DNA of 24,000 bases from Cocleimonas sp. (GTDB lineage: Bacteria; Pseudomonadota; Gammaproteobacteria; Thiotrichales; Thiotrichaceae): assembly GCA_036478745.1 (NCBI GenBank), contig JAZGEM010000074.1:1-24000 (forward strand), read 5' to 3'. Every line of letters begins with the position of its first letter. The first letter of the stretch is position 1. This document shows positions 6,418 to 13,575 of the stretch, in pieces. Made by a program: the position numbers and the translations under genes. Below the pieces are notes generated by a model. That model searched no databases, was not told the DNA's origin, and saw nothing but the letters and a program-made list of their open reading frames with translations.

Positions 6418-7248
6418 TCAACTACAAGAGCTGCGTAACGTCCGGGTAAAGCTCATTGTAATTAATATTAAGGATTGCTCAGAAGAAACCGCCCAATCCC
6501 ATGCTGTTTGATTTTCTATTATGAGAGCTTTATAACTGTAGTCATTACCGTTCAACAAGGCAGATAACACAAACCCATATGCTTCTATAAATGAGTCTGC
6601 TTGTATTGTTACCTTGGATATTTTAATAAGGCCTTCGTGTAATTTTGTAGTTGCTTCAGTATTTCCTTCAAGGAAAAATGTGGTTGTAAGTTGGTGGGCT
6701 GTGTAGTTAGAAAATATTGACCATGCTTGATCAAGATCACTCATTCCTGTTACCCTTTTTCCAATGACGCCAGCAAACCAGCGATGAACAGCAGGACTGT
6801 CTTGTATCCAGTTGGCTAGAGATTCAGCATTATGTGCTCGAATATCTTTCCATAGTCCGTTATCAAGTTGTTCTTTAACCCAGTTGTCTTTTTTAGCCCA
6901 GTGTCTTGGGGAGATGAAGATATAAGTATCTTTATTTCTGTTTAATGGGGAGGCATCATTTGTTCGTTTCTCATAGTCGCTATTGGCTTTGCCTTTAACA
7001 CTTTTATCTGTACCAATTTCCCATCCTGACATTCCTTTTGGAATGTACTTGTTCCCATGCTCGCTTTTTACAATTCCATCCCAGCCTTCGTTGGAAACAG
7101 AGTCTCCAGAAGGAAAATTAACATCAGCTTTATTATCGCAAGTAAGTACCAGTCGCTTTATAAGCTCAGGCAGTAATATTTCTGCCTTCTTTTTATTTGT
7201 GGCTACCCAGTTTTTAATGTCGTTTGCTGTTATGTACCATCCTGTCAT
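6418..7248 (-). CDS. Hypothetical protein, 276 aa; Trp-rich N-terminal module of about 170 aa; possibly a truncated N-terminal part of a larger protein
   Basis: ORF track. Segments LPELIKRLV...FPSGDSVSNEGWDGIV...GMSGWEIGTDKSVKGKANSDYEKRT...YIFISPRHWAKKDNW look like a conserved globular domain. A PD-(D/E)xK-like D...E..K arrangement is conceivable but unproven. Confidence 0.55.
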   Translation of the reverse strand: MTGWYITANDIKNWVATNKKKAEILLPELIKRLVLTCDNKADVNFPSGDSVSNEGWDGIVKSEHGNKYIPKGMSGWEIGTDKSVKGKANSDYEKRTNDASPLNRNKDTYIFISPRHWAKKDNWVKEQLDNGLWKDIRAHNAESLANWIQDSPAVHRWFAGVIGKRVTGMSDLDQAWSIFSNYTAHQLTTTFFLEGNTEATTKLHEGLIKISKVTIQADSFIEAYGFVLSALLNGNDYSYKALIIENQTAWDWAVSSEQSLILITMSFTRTLRSSCS

Positions 7249-7459
7249 GTGTTTAACCGATTTTTTGTAATGAAATAATTTCCACAGTATTTGATATTGT
7301 AAGACATCATATAAAGTTGTCTATATATAAAAAATATTAAACAACAGCTTTGAATTACTGGCAAATATTTAAATCTCTCTCATTCACTCTTTTGACTAAC
7401 AAGAGGGAGAGAGTTTTATGTAGCATGTATTTTTTAAAATTATATAGTAAACCTTGGAA

Positions 7460-7497
7460 AGTCCCATATAATGACCTATAATACCCATATTGGGACT
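7460..7497. promoter_or_regulatory. Inverted repeat AGTCCCA-N24-TGGGACT spanning two TATAAT boxes, immediately upstream of the wHTH-MNT gene
   Basis: agtcccatataatgacctataatacccatattgggact ends 12 nt before the ATG at 7510. It is a candidate autoregulatory operator and promoter. Confidence 0.35.
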
Positions 7498-7509
7498 ACA
7501 AGGTTTTAA

Positions 7510-8118
7510 ATGTTACAAGCAACCACCATTGCAGATTCACTTTTTACTAAAACACAGCAAAAAGTTATGGGGTTATTATTTAGAAAGCCCGACACTTCAT
7601 TTTATTTAAATGAGATTGTAAGACTTGCTGATATGGGCAAAGGGACAATTAAGCGTGAGCTTGAAAAAATGACTCAGGCAGGATTGTTGACGGTTAAACG
7701 TATCGGCAACCAGACTCACTATCAGGCTAATCCAGCGTCTCCTGTTTATGATGAGCTAATTTCAATTTCTCGTAAAACATTTGGACTTGCAGATGTTATT
7801 CGTCAAGCTCTTCAGACTGATAGTTCTTTTTTAGCTGATGACTCTATTCAATATGCTTTTATTTATGGCTCTATTGCAAAAGGTGAAGATACGGCTCAAA
7901 GTGATATTGATTTAATGATTATTGGGGATGGTTTAGCTTATACAGATATGATGAATCTATTAATCCCAATTGAAAAAGAGTTACAACGCCCGATTAATCC
8001 AAGTATCTATACGCTTGAAGATTTTAAGAATAAACTGAATGAGAATAATAGCTTCATCACGCGAGTTTTAGAGCAAGAAAAAATCAATGTAATTGGAGAT
8101 ACCAATGCCATTAGATAA
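7510..8118 (+). CDS. Winged-HTH (ArsR/MarR-like) fused to a minimal nucleotidyltransferase (MNT) domain; antitoxin-like
   Basis: The N-terminus LNEIVRLADMGKGTIKRELEKMTQAGLL is wHTH-like. YGSIAKGEDTAQSDIDLMIIG is the GS...DxD NTase signature. Confidence 0.75.
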   Translation: MLQATTIADSLFTKTQQKVMGLLFRKPDTSFYLNEIVRLADMGKGTIKRELEKMTQAGLLTVKRIGNQTHYQANPASPVYDELISISRKTFGLADVIRQALQTDSSFLADDSIQYAFIYGSIAKGEDTAQSDIDLMIIGDGLAYTDMMNLLIPIEKELQRPINPSIYTLEDFKNKLNENNSFITRVLEQEKINVIGDTNAIR

Positions 8119-8524
8119 GCTGGAAAACCTTGTCAAAATTGGTCAGCTAAAACATGAGCTACCTGATCAAAATGAATTTGATGGTATGGTGGCATCTGCT
8201 GAAATTCGTTTAAATGATGCGAAGCTTGGTGGATTGTCTCAAGATGGTAAATTTACACTTGCCTATGGCGCTGCTCATGCTTTATCACTTGCTGCGATGC
8301 GCTGGCATGGTTATCGCTCTGAAAATCGTTATATGGTATTTCAATGTCTTGAACAGACATTGGGATTAGAAACTGTAAAATGGCGTGTACTAGATCAATG
8401 CCACAAGCGCAGAAATATTGCAGAGTATGAAGGTCATTTAGAGATTGATTCTCAGTTGTTGAATGAATTAATTGAAATCACAACAGAGCTTTTAGAGCTT
8501 GTTAAAGATTTAGGTGATCTATAG
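8105..8524 (+). CDS. HEPN-like helical protein partner of the MNT gene (non-canonical motif)
   Basis: The ATG at 8105 (or TTG at 8093) overlaps the MNT stop at 8118. ...FTLAYGAAHALSLAAMRWHGYR...HKRRNIAEYEGH resembles the RNxxxH region of HEPN toxins, but E occupies the usual H position. Confidence 0.55.
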   Translation: MPLDKLENLVKIGQLKHELPDQNEFDGMVASAEIRLNDAKLGGLSQDGKFTLAYGAAHALSLAAMRWHGYRSENRYMVFQCLEQTLGLETVKWRVLDQCHKRRNIAEYEGHLEIDSQLLNELIEITTELLELVKDLGDL

Positions 8525-8653
8525 CGGGTGTGTCAATTTTGTGTCACAACATCTGTAAGCTATTTTGATATTTACTAGCAGTTACTGGCACATTAATGAT
8601 GTGCAAACACCGTAAGTGACTGTTTGTTAATGATATGAAATTTACTGTGGTGC

Positions 8654-8698
8654 CTTTTAATCAATTGGTCGAGCATTCGAATCGCTCACGACCCACCA
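8654..8698 (+). pseudogene. 3' fragment (anticodon loop to CCA) of tRNA-Lys(UUU); att-site remnant
   Basis: cttttaatcaattggtcgagcattcgaatcgctcacgacccacca parallels the E. coli lysT 3' half (CTTTTAATCAATTGGTCGCAGGTTCGAATCCTGCACGACCCACCA). No 5' half (GGGTCGT...) is present upstream, and the T-stem is damaged. Confidence 0.75.
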
Positions 8699-8797
8699 TA
8701 GAATTCAAAGGGTTACAGGTTTTTAATTTGTAGTCCTTTTTTATTTTACTTCCTATTTGCTACTTCCGGTCTATTTTCAGACTATTTGTTTTTTCTT

Positions 8798-9115
8798 TTA
8801 TCTCTCCTGAAGAACCTTAATAATCTTAGCTTGTATACTCTTATTTGTATTAAAAAATAATAAAACTAACTCAGCTAATTTATCATCATCGGCATAAAGA
8901 TATGTAACAGGAATGGAGAGTGCTTTTGCAAGGCGCTGCGCTGTTGCATAGTCAGGTACGTGCTTATCCCTCTCATATTGATTAATTCTTGGACTTGCTG
9001 AAAATTCATCAATCCCTGCAAGTATCCCTAATTGTTTTTGAGAAACCCCTTTTTCTATTCGAGCTGATCGAAGTCTTCTTCCAACGGGTGAATTTTCTGC
9101 CTTCTTTGAACTCAC
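8798..9115 (-). CDS. XRE-family HTH transcriptional regulator (105 aa, GTG start)
   Basis: GRRLRSARIEKGVSQKQLGILAGIDEFSASPRINQYERDKHVP is a classic XRE HTH. It is divergent from a promoter carrying two palindromes. Confidence 0.8.
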   Translation of the reverse strand: MSSKKAENSPVGRRLRSARIEKGVSQKQLGILAGIDEFSASPRINQYERDKHVPDYATAQRLAKALSIPVTYLYADDDKLAELVLLFFNTNKSIQAKIIKVLQER

Positions 9116-9137
9116 TTTAGCGCCTCTTCATACGAGG

Positions 9138-9211
9138 CTAAGAGAATCTTAGGTTTTTGTTTACTTGGATACTAAGGAATCCTTAGTATTGAGAGTGTAA
9201 TCTGCTATAAT
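9138..9211 (+). promoter_or_regulatory. Divergent control region: palindromes ctaagaGAAtcttag (9138-9152) and atactaaggAtccttagtat (9169-9189) plus extended -10 TGcTATAAT (9203-9211)
   Basis: Perfect 6-bp and 10-bp inverted arms read directly. Both share a CTAAG/CTTAG core. The -10 faces the + strand gene at 9273. Confidence 0.55.
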
Positions 9212-9272
9212 GAGGTCGAAACTGTGCAGAGCAGTGCTTTTGTAAGTCAATCGATCAACCAAGGAGGACAAT

Positions 9273-9589
9273 ATGAATCACACTAACGCAAACAAGTTCA
9301 AGAAAATATCGATAATGAATGGTTAGGCTCAAACCAAGTTGCCCTTGGTAAATCATCTAATCGTTTTGTTTCTGGATCATGTAAAGTCATTGGCTTTTTG
9401 TTTGTCACTGCCTTTGCACTTGCAATCGGACTTTTAAAGCTGTTCTTTGCCTTTGCGGGTAGTGCTTCTGAGGTTGCTGATCATGAACATCGATTAGGTG
9501 AAGAAGATCCAAATAGCAGTTTTGACCTAGATCAAACTGAAATGAATCCTGCAAATATACATTTCAAACCTAAGCAATTTACTGATTAA
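9273..9589 (+). CDS. Small single-pass membrane protein; apparent frameshift between the SD/ATG (9273) and the main frame (open from 9287; track ORF 9398-9589)
   Basis: AAGGAGG SD plus ATG at 9273 gives only 17 codons. The frame encoding ...NIDNEWLGSNQVALGKSSNRFVSGSCKVIGFLFVTAFALAIGLLKLFFAFAGS... has no ATG before the TM segment. Confidence 0.4.
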
Positions 9590-9617
9590 TAACCCTCAAA
9601 TAATATTGAGGGTTATT
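9588..9617. terminator. Bidirectional terminator hairpin between convergent genes
   Basis: aataaccctcaa-ataata-ttgagggttatt forms a perfect 12-bp stem. Confidence 0.6.
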
Positions 9618-9621
9618 AATA

Positions 9622-9813
9622 TTATTTAGCCATCTTTGGTTTCTTAACTCTACTTGCAGAACCTTGACCCGAAGATGTTGCACTTCCCGCGCCTGACGCG
9701 CCCTCTCCTGACATACCTCCTATAGCATTAGCACCTAAAATACCAATTGAAGCTAACATCGTAAACCACCACTTTGTAAACAGCAGATAGATAATTAAGG
9801 AAATAATGCCCAA
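9622..9813 (-). CDS. Small membrane protein with a Gly/Ser-rich tail (63 aa, TTG start); may be the 3' part of the decayed upstream gene
   Basis: ORF track. Non-ATG start, overlaps the upstream ORF by 19 nt. Confidence 0.35.
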   Translation of the reverse strand: MGIISLIIYLLFTKWWFTMLASIGILGANAIGGMSGEGASGAGSATSSGQGSASRVKKPKMAK

Positions 9814-10383
9814 GCGGCATGACCAATTGAAGTTACTCCTTCAATATAAGATTTATCACCCCATATATTTGCCAATAAAACTTGATCAATCCAAGCGGCA
9901 ATATGCCAAATTCCCGGCATCATTGATATACCAAAAAACAGTACAACCAACTGAACCACACGGTCTAATCGATAAAGATTTAATATTAAAATAATGGGAA
10001 GCAGCATAATGAGAACCAGCATGGCTACCCCTAACATAATGGGTAATATAAATTTAATAAGCTGCGTGGGAACCTCCAGAAAGAAGGTGCCTATATGGGC
10101 AAAAATAGCCGCCAGTTTGTTTTTAATCCATGTCAGGGGGTTTGATGATTCTGAAGAAGTAGAATCGGCTGATACGCTGGCTATTTCTCCAGGGCCTAGT
10201 TTTGAATGAAATAACCGATCGAGCTTGTCTGCACTGAATAAAGCCCCAATTAATTGTTGGCTCAGTTACAGAAGATTTATGTTGAGATATTGCACCCGCT
10301 GCTACCCCAATTTTCTTAGCGAGTTCTTTTTAAGATAGTTTACTTAATTTACGCGAGGCTTGAATTGCCGAATAAAGTAACAC
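9795..10383 (-). pseudogene. Decayed gene: XRE-type HTH N-terminus fused to a multi-TM region
   Basis: Minus-strand reading from the GTG at 10383 gives LLYSAIQASRKLSKLS*KELAKKIGVAAGAISQHKSSVTEP, with an in-frame TAA at 10330-10332. A frameshift is needed near 10262 to enter the frame ...SADKLDRVISFKLGPGEIAS...TWIKNKLAAIFAHIG...ILPIMLGVAMLVLIM..., which contains the 80-aa track ORF. Confidence 0.45.
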
Positions 10384-10539
10384 TAGTATTATCCAACAAC
10401 CCCTATGCTGAACTTATACCCAAAGAGCAAGTAGTGTCATGGAGGAGTCCTAAAAGGAAGCTCCTTGATACTGCTTAAACGATGGGTAAAATTTCAGGTT
10501 TAAGGGATGGAACTATTCAATATTAAAATAATTAACTCT

Positions 10540-10575
10540 CATACGTCACTATCGGTAATTAGATAGTGACGTATG
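10540..10575. repeat. Perfect 14-bp inverted repeat (catacgtcactatc-N8-gatagtgacgtatg)
   Basis: Read directly. It lies in a non-coding stretch. Confidence 0.6.
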
Positions 10576-10594
10576 CAATTATCATTGCTACGTA

Positions 10595-10614
10595 AGGGCG
10601 TAAGCCCTATTTTT
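10595..10614 (+). terminator. Small GC hairpin with tetraloop plus T-run (agggc-gtaa-gccct-attttt)
   Basis: Read directly, 20 nt after the 14-bp hairpin. No annotated + strand gene ends here. Confidence 0.4.
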
Positions 10615-10851
10615 GGGAATGCCAGCAGGATTATCTGCAATTTTATTGCATCTATTGAAACTAAATTTTAGAAGACATGGAAACACAAGCTAGTCAATTC
10701 AATAATGCATTTAATTGTTTTTCAGATTTAAAAGACGAACGAATCAAGATGCCTCCGGCGGGGTATCTCGAAGAACGAGAAGTAAACCAATCCAATCCAT
10801 GTCTTCATGGCATATTTTACAAGCCTCTTTTGTGATTAAGGTGACATGCGA

Positions 10852-10916
10852 ACTAAGAATACCTTAGCATACAGACAAAAAAACCAAGATTCTCCTAGCC
10901 TCATTTAATTGAGGCT
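10852..10916 (+). promoter_or_regulatory. Third, degraded copy of the dual-operator region, plus a 5'-UTR hairpin of the XRE pseudogene
   Basis: actaagaataccttagc (10852-10868) and ccaagattctcctagcc (10884-10900) align with the reverse complement of 9138-9189. The hairpin is agcctca-tttaat-tgaggct (10897-10916). Confidence 0.45.
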
Positions 10917-10921
10917 ATATA

Positions 10922-11233
10922 GTGAATATTAAGAAAGAAGCAATTTCACCTGTTGGAAAAAGGCTAAGATCTGAACGGACAGCTAAAGGAATATCCCAAA
11001 AACAATTGGCTTTTCTGGCAGGGATTGATGAGTTTTCTACAAGCCCAAGGCAATCAATACGAAAGGGACAAACACGTCCCTGATTTTGCTACAGCCCAGC
11101 GCCTAGCTAAAGCACTTTCTATTCCTGGACTTACCTTTATGTAGAAGATGATAAGTTAGCAGAATTTATATTAGTGTATTCTTCTGCTACAAAAGAGACC
11201 AGACAAACTATTATAGATAGTCTTAGTTTATAA
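10922..11233 (+). pseudogene. Frameshifted paralogue of the XRE regulator at 8798-9115
   Basis: Three frames must be joined: VNIKKEAISPVGKRLRSERTAKGISQKQLAFLAGIDEFSTSPR / NQYERDKHVPDFATAQRLAKALSIPGLTFM* / YLYVEDDKLAEFILVYSSATKETRQTIIDSLSL*. It is collinear with the intact protein across 2 frameshifts. Confidence 0.75.
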
Positions 11234-11952
11234 ACACATTTTTAATCGCAAAGCGTAAAACTCAAGTGGCTTGATCCCGACTTGGATATCTGACAATGGT
11301 GCTTTTCCATTGTGAAGAATCCAACGTATGGCATTACAAAGAAAGACACATTATGCATATCGTTTGATGTACTGTTTTGTTTGGATTCCTAAATATAGGC
11401 ACAAGGTATTCTGTAATACCCAATCTTACTGTTTTGAAGGAATAATCGAGAAAGCTGATTAAAACTACAATATTGATATAGTTTAGTTAGAAATACCACA
11501 GAACCATATTCAGATGGTGTTCGTCGAATCACAACGATGTCACCAAATGATGTGATGCAATTGATCAAGAGCATTCAACAAGAGAGTTTTAGGGTTCCAA
11601 AGATAAAAAAACACATTTTGGGGCTGTTAGTTATGGATTCAGAGTTACTCTACAAGACGATAGGTAATGTGAATGGAGATACTACTAGCGTTTATGTTCG
11701 AGACCAGCTTACAGAGTTTTAGAAAAAAGAAGGTACGTCAATACAACTAGGTTCGTTTTAAACGTGGCTTGCTTGCGTCCGAGCTTATTATTTATCTAAC
11801 ATATAAAGTTTTATGATAAGAATTTTCCGTTGATCCATTAATTAGTACCACTGGTCATTCTCAAGTTGAATGTATATGTGAATAGATTATTTTTGAGAAG
11901 CAAGTTGTTTTACAAGCAGTAAGGCTCTAACAGCGTATGGAAGGAGAGTCGA

Positions 11953-12078
11953 ATAATGCTTCCAGCATTATTATACGTTACAGTTTATTAAGCTATATGC
12001 CTAATAACAAAACATAAAAAGATAATGCCTCAGCATTATTTACAGTAACAGTTGTTAAGCTATACGCCTAATAACAAA
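11953..12078 (+). repeat. Two direct repeat units of 57-59 bp (11953-12011, 12022-12078), each starting with a short palindrome (aataatgct-tcc-agcattatt)
   Basis: The units align with about 7 differences over 59 columns (ataatgcYtYcagcattatt...acagttKttaagctataYgcctaataacaaa). They lie about 310 bp upstream of the recombinase gene. Confidence 0.8.
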
Positions 12079-12387
12079 TAAGATTGGGTTACCACATCTC
12101 AGTCAAGTTCATTCATTCCTAGAATGAACATTAACATTTAATCATGTTTTATCACATGTACATCTCATGTATGCATGGCGTTTGCCTGCGACTTTTTCCA
12201 TCCAACAGGAGGAATATCTGTTTATGTCATAAATAAAGCTTTGTCTTTGAGCAGTCAACAGACTAACAAAGATTTGCCTTTTATAGGCCTTATTTTAATC
12301 ACTATTACCCCTATGGGCCTTTGCCAGTCGTATAGATTGACAATGAGTGACGAACACTAAGCAAGTAACTTTTTTAACAAATAAATA

Positions 12388-13269
12388 ATGGAGCTTATTA
12401 TGAGTAAACTGACATGGGAACTTAAAATATTACAAAGGCGTAATCATGATGGAGGACGTAGTACACAACACAACCGAAAGAAGATTTTAATCCAAATTGC
12501 AAAACAGTTGAAAGAAATAGGATTTAATCAGATGGGCATACACAGCTTAAAAGCAAAACATACGATTAAACTGGTGGACAAATGGAAAAAAGAGGATCTA
12601 AATCCTGGAACTATTAAAAATCGTATGGCGCATCTGAGATGGTGGGCTTCTAAGGTAAATGCCACACACAAAATCCCTACTAATAAGCAATTAGGAATTG
12701 CCCAGCGCATTTATATAACAAACGTAGACAAATCAATTGTTCTTAAGCAAGAACATCTCTCAAGAATATCAGATCCCTTCCTTAAACTAAGTCTAAGGTT
12801 ACAGTCTGAATTTGGTCTACGCCGAGAAGAAAGCATTAAATTTATTGCGGCTTTTGCAGACAAAGGCAAATCTATATCTTTAAAAGATACCTGGTGTAAA
12901 GGTAAAAGAGCAAGGGAAATACCAATCATCACCGATTCACAACGAAAATTAATAGATGAAATTAAAAGATTTACAGGAGATAAATCTTTAATACCTCAAG
13001 ATAAGATGTACAAACATCAGTTAAATAAATATCGAAATAATGTCACAAAAAATATCATTGGTTTTAGCAAAGGCCACGGACTTAGACATAATTACGCACA
13101 ACAGAGATATAAAGCATTATCTGGTAATAACTGTCCACTACAAGGTGGAAAGCACCAAAGAGATATGACAAATCTTGAGCGCAACAAAGATAGAGAAGTA
13201 AGGCTCATCATTTCTGAAGAATTAGGTCACTCACGTGAACAGATTACATCATCATATTTAGGAAGTTAA
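12388..13269 (+). CDS. Tyrosine recombinase (small 'Integrase_1'-like type, 293 aa)
   Basis: Catalytic signature in order: GLRREES (R), KGKRAREIPI (K), HGLRHNYAQ (HxxR), LGHSREQITSSYLG (H...Y). Confidence 0.8.
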   Translation: MELIMSKLTWELKILQRRNHDGGRSTQHNRKKILIQIAKQLKEIGFNQMGIHSLKAKHTIKLVDKWKKEDLNPGTIKNRMAHLRWWASKVNATHKIPTNKQLGIAQRIYITNVDKSIVLKQEHLSRISDPFLKLSLRLQSEFGLRREESIKFIAAFADKGKSISLKDTWCKGKRAREIPIITDSQRKLIDEIKRFTGDKSLIPQDKMYKHQLNKYRNNVTKNIIGFSKGHGLRHNYAQQRYKALSGNNCPLQGGKHQRDMTNLERNKDREVRLIISEELGHSREQITSSYLGS

Positions 13270-13351
13270 TTTCATAAAAGCAGCTAAAGAGCAATAGAGC
13301 AATTGCTTTTAGCTGTGTATTTGGAAGAACAATTATTTAGGAGTATATTAA

Positions 13352-13573
13352 ATGCAAGACTCACTAATTACTTATGAACAGCTTAGGGAAGTATTTGGAG
13401 GTTCATCTACAGCAGAAGTTGTTGTTCGCCTTGAAAGTCAGGATATCCCATATAAACTGGGAAAACGTGGTTGTCCAATTACAACATTTAGCGCTCTAAA
13501 TCATGCAATGGGCATTACAAGCAATGAATCTCCTATAATTAAAGAACATACACCAACAATTGAGATAGAGTAG
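13352..13573 (+). CDS. DUF4224-like small protein (possible excision/recombination directionality factor)
   Basis: 73 aa, ends 2 nt before the integrase start. ITYEQLREVFGG...RLESQDIPYKLGKRGCPITTFSALNHAMG fits the DUF4224 pattern seen upstream of phage integrases. Confidence 0.5.
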   Translation: MQDSLITYEQLREVFGGSSTAEVVVRLESQDIPYKLGKRGCPITTFSALNHAMGITSNESPIIKEHTPTIEIE

Positions 13574-13575
13574 TT

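Noticed and set aside
6983-7270. 95-aa + strand ORF.
   Set aside because: It is antisense to the 276-aa ORF, with low-complexity Ser/Leu/Phe composition typical of a shadow frame.
8640-8700. Functional tRNA-Lys gene.
   Set aside because: No 5' acceptor strand (GGGTCGT), D-arm or 5' anticodon stem exists upstream, and the T-stem has a mismatch at the loop-closing pair. It is a fragment only.
9806-10209. + strand ORFs 9806-9994 and 9994-10209.
   Set aside because: They are antisense to the membrane-protein/HTH frames, which show coherent TM segments and an HTH motif.
11389-11722. Overlapping 61-aa ORFs on opposite strands (11389-11574 minus, 11537-11722 plus).
   Set aside because: Neither has an SD, motifs or a paralogue. 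They are mutually overlapping in a region that otherwise looks like decayed sequence. Left unannotated.
11953-12078. Possible CRISPR array.
   Set aside because: There are only two units. The 'spacer' between them is 10 bp, the units are 57-59 bp long, and no cas genes are present. This fits recombinase or regulatory repeats better.
12175-12360. 61-aa ORF upstream of the recombinase.
   Set aside because: It has no SD, lies in a repeat/hairpin-rich non-coding leader, and its composition is not protein-like.
12528-12932. Minus-strand ORFs 12528-12710 and 12711-12932.
   Set aside because: They are antisense to the tyrosine recombinase gene, which has a full catalytic signature.
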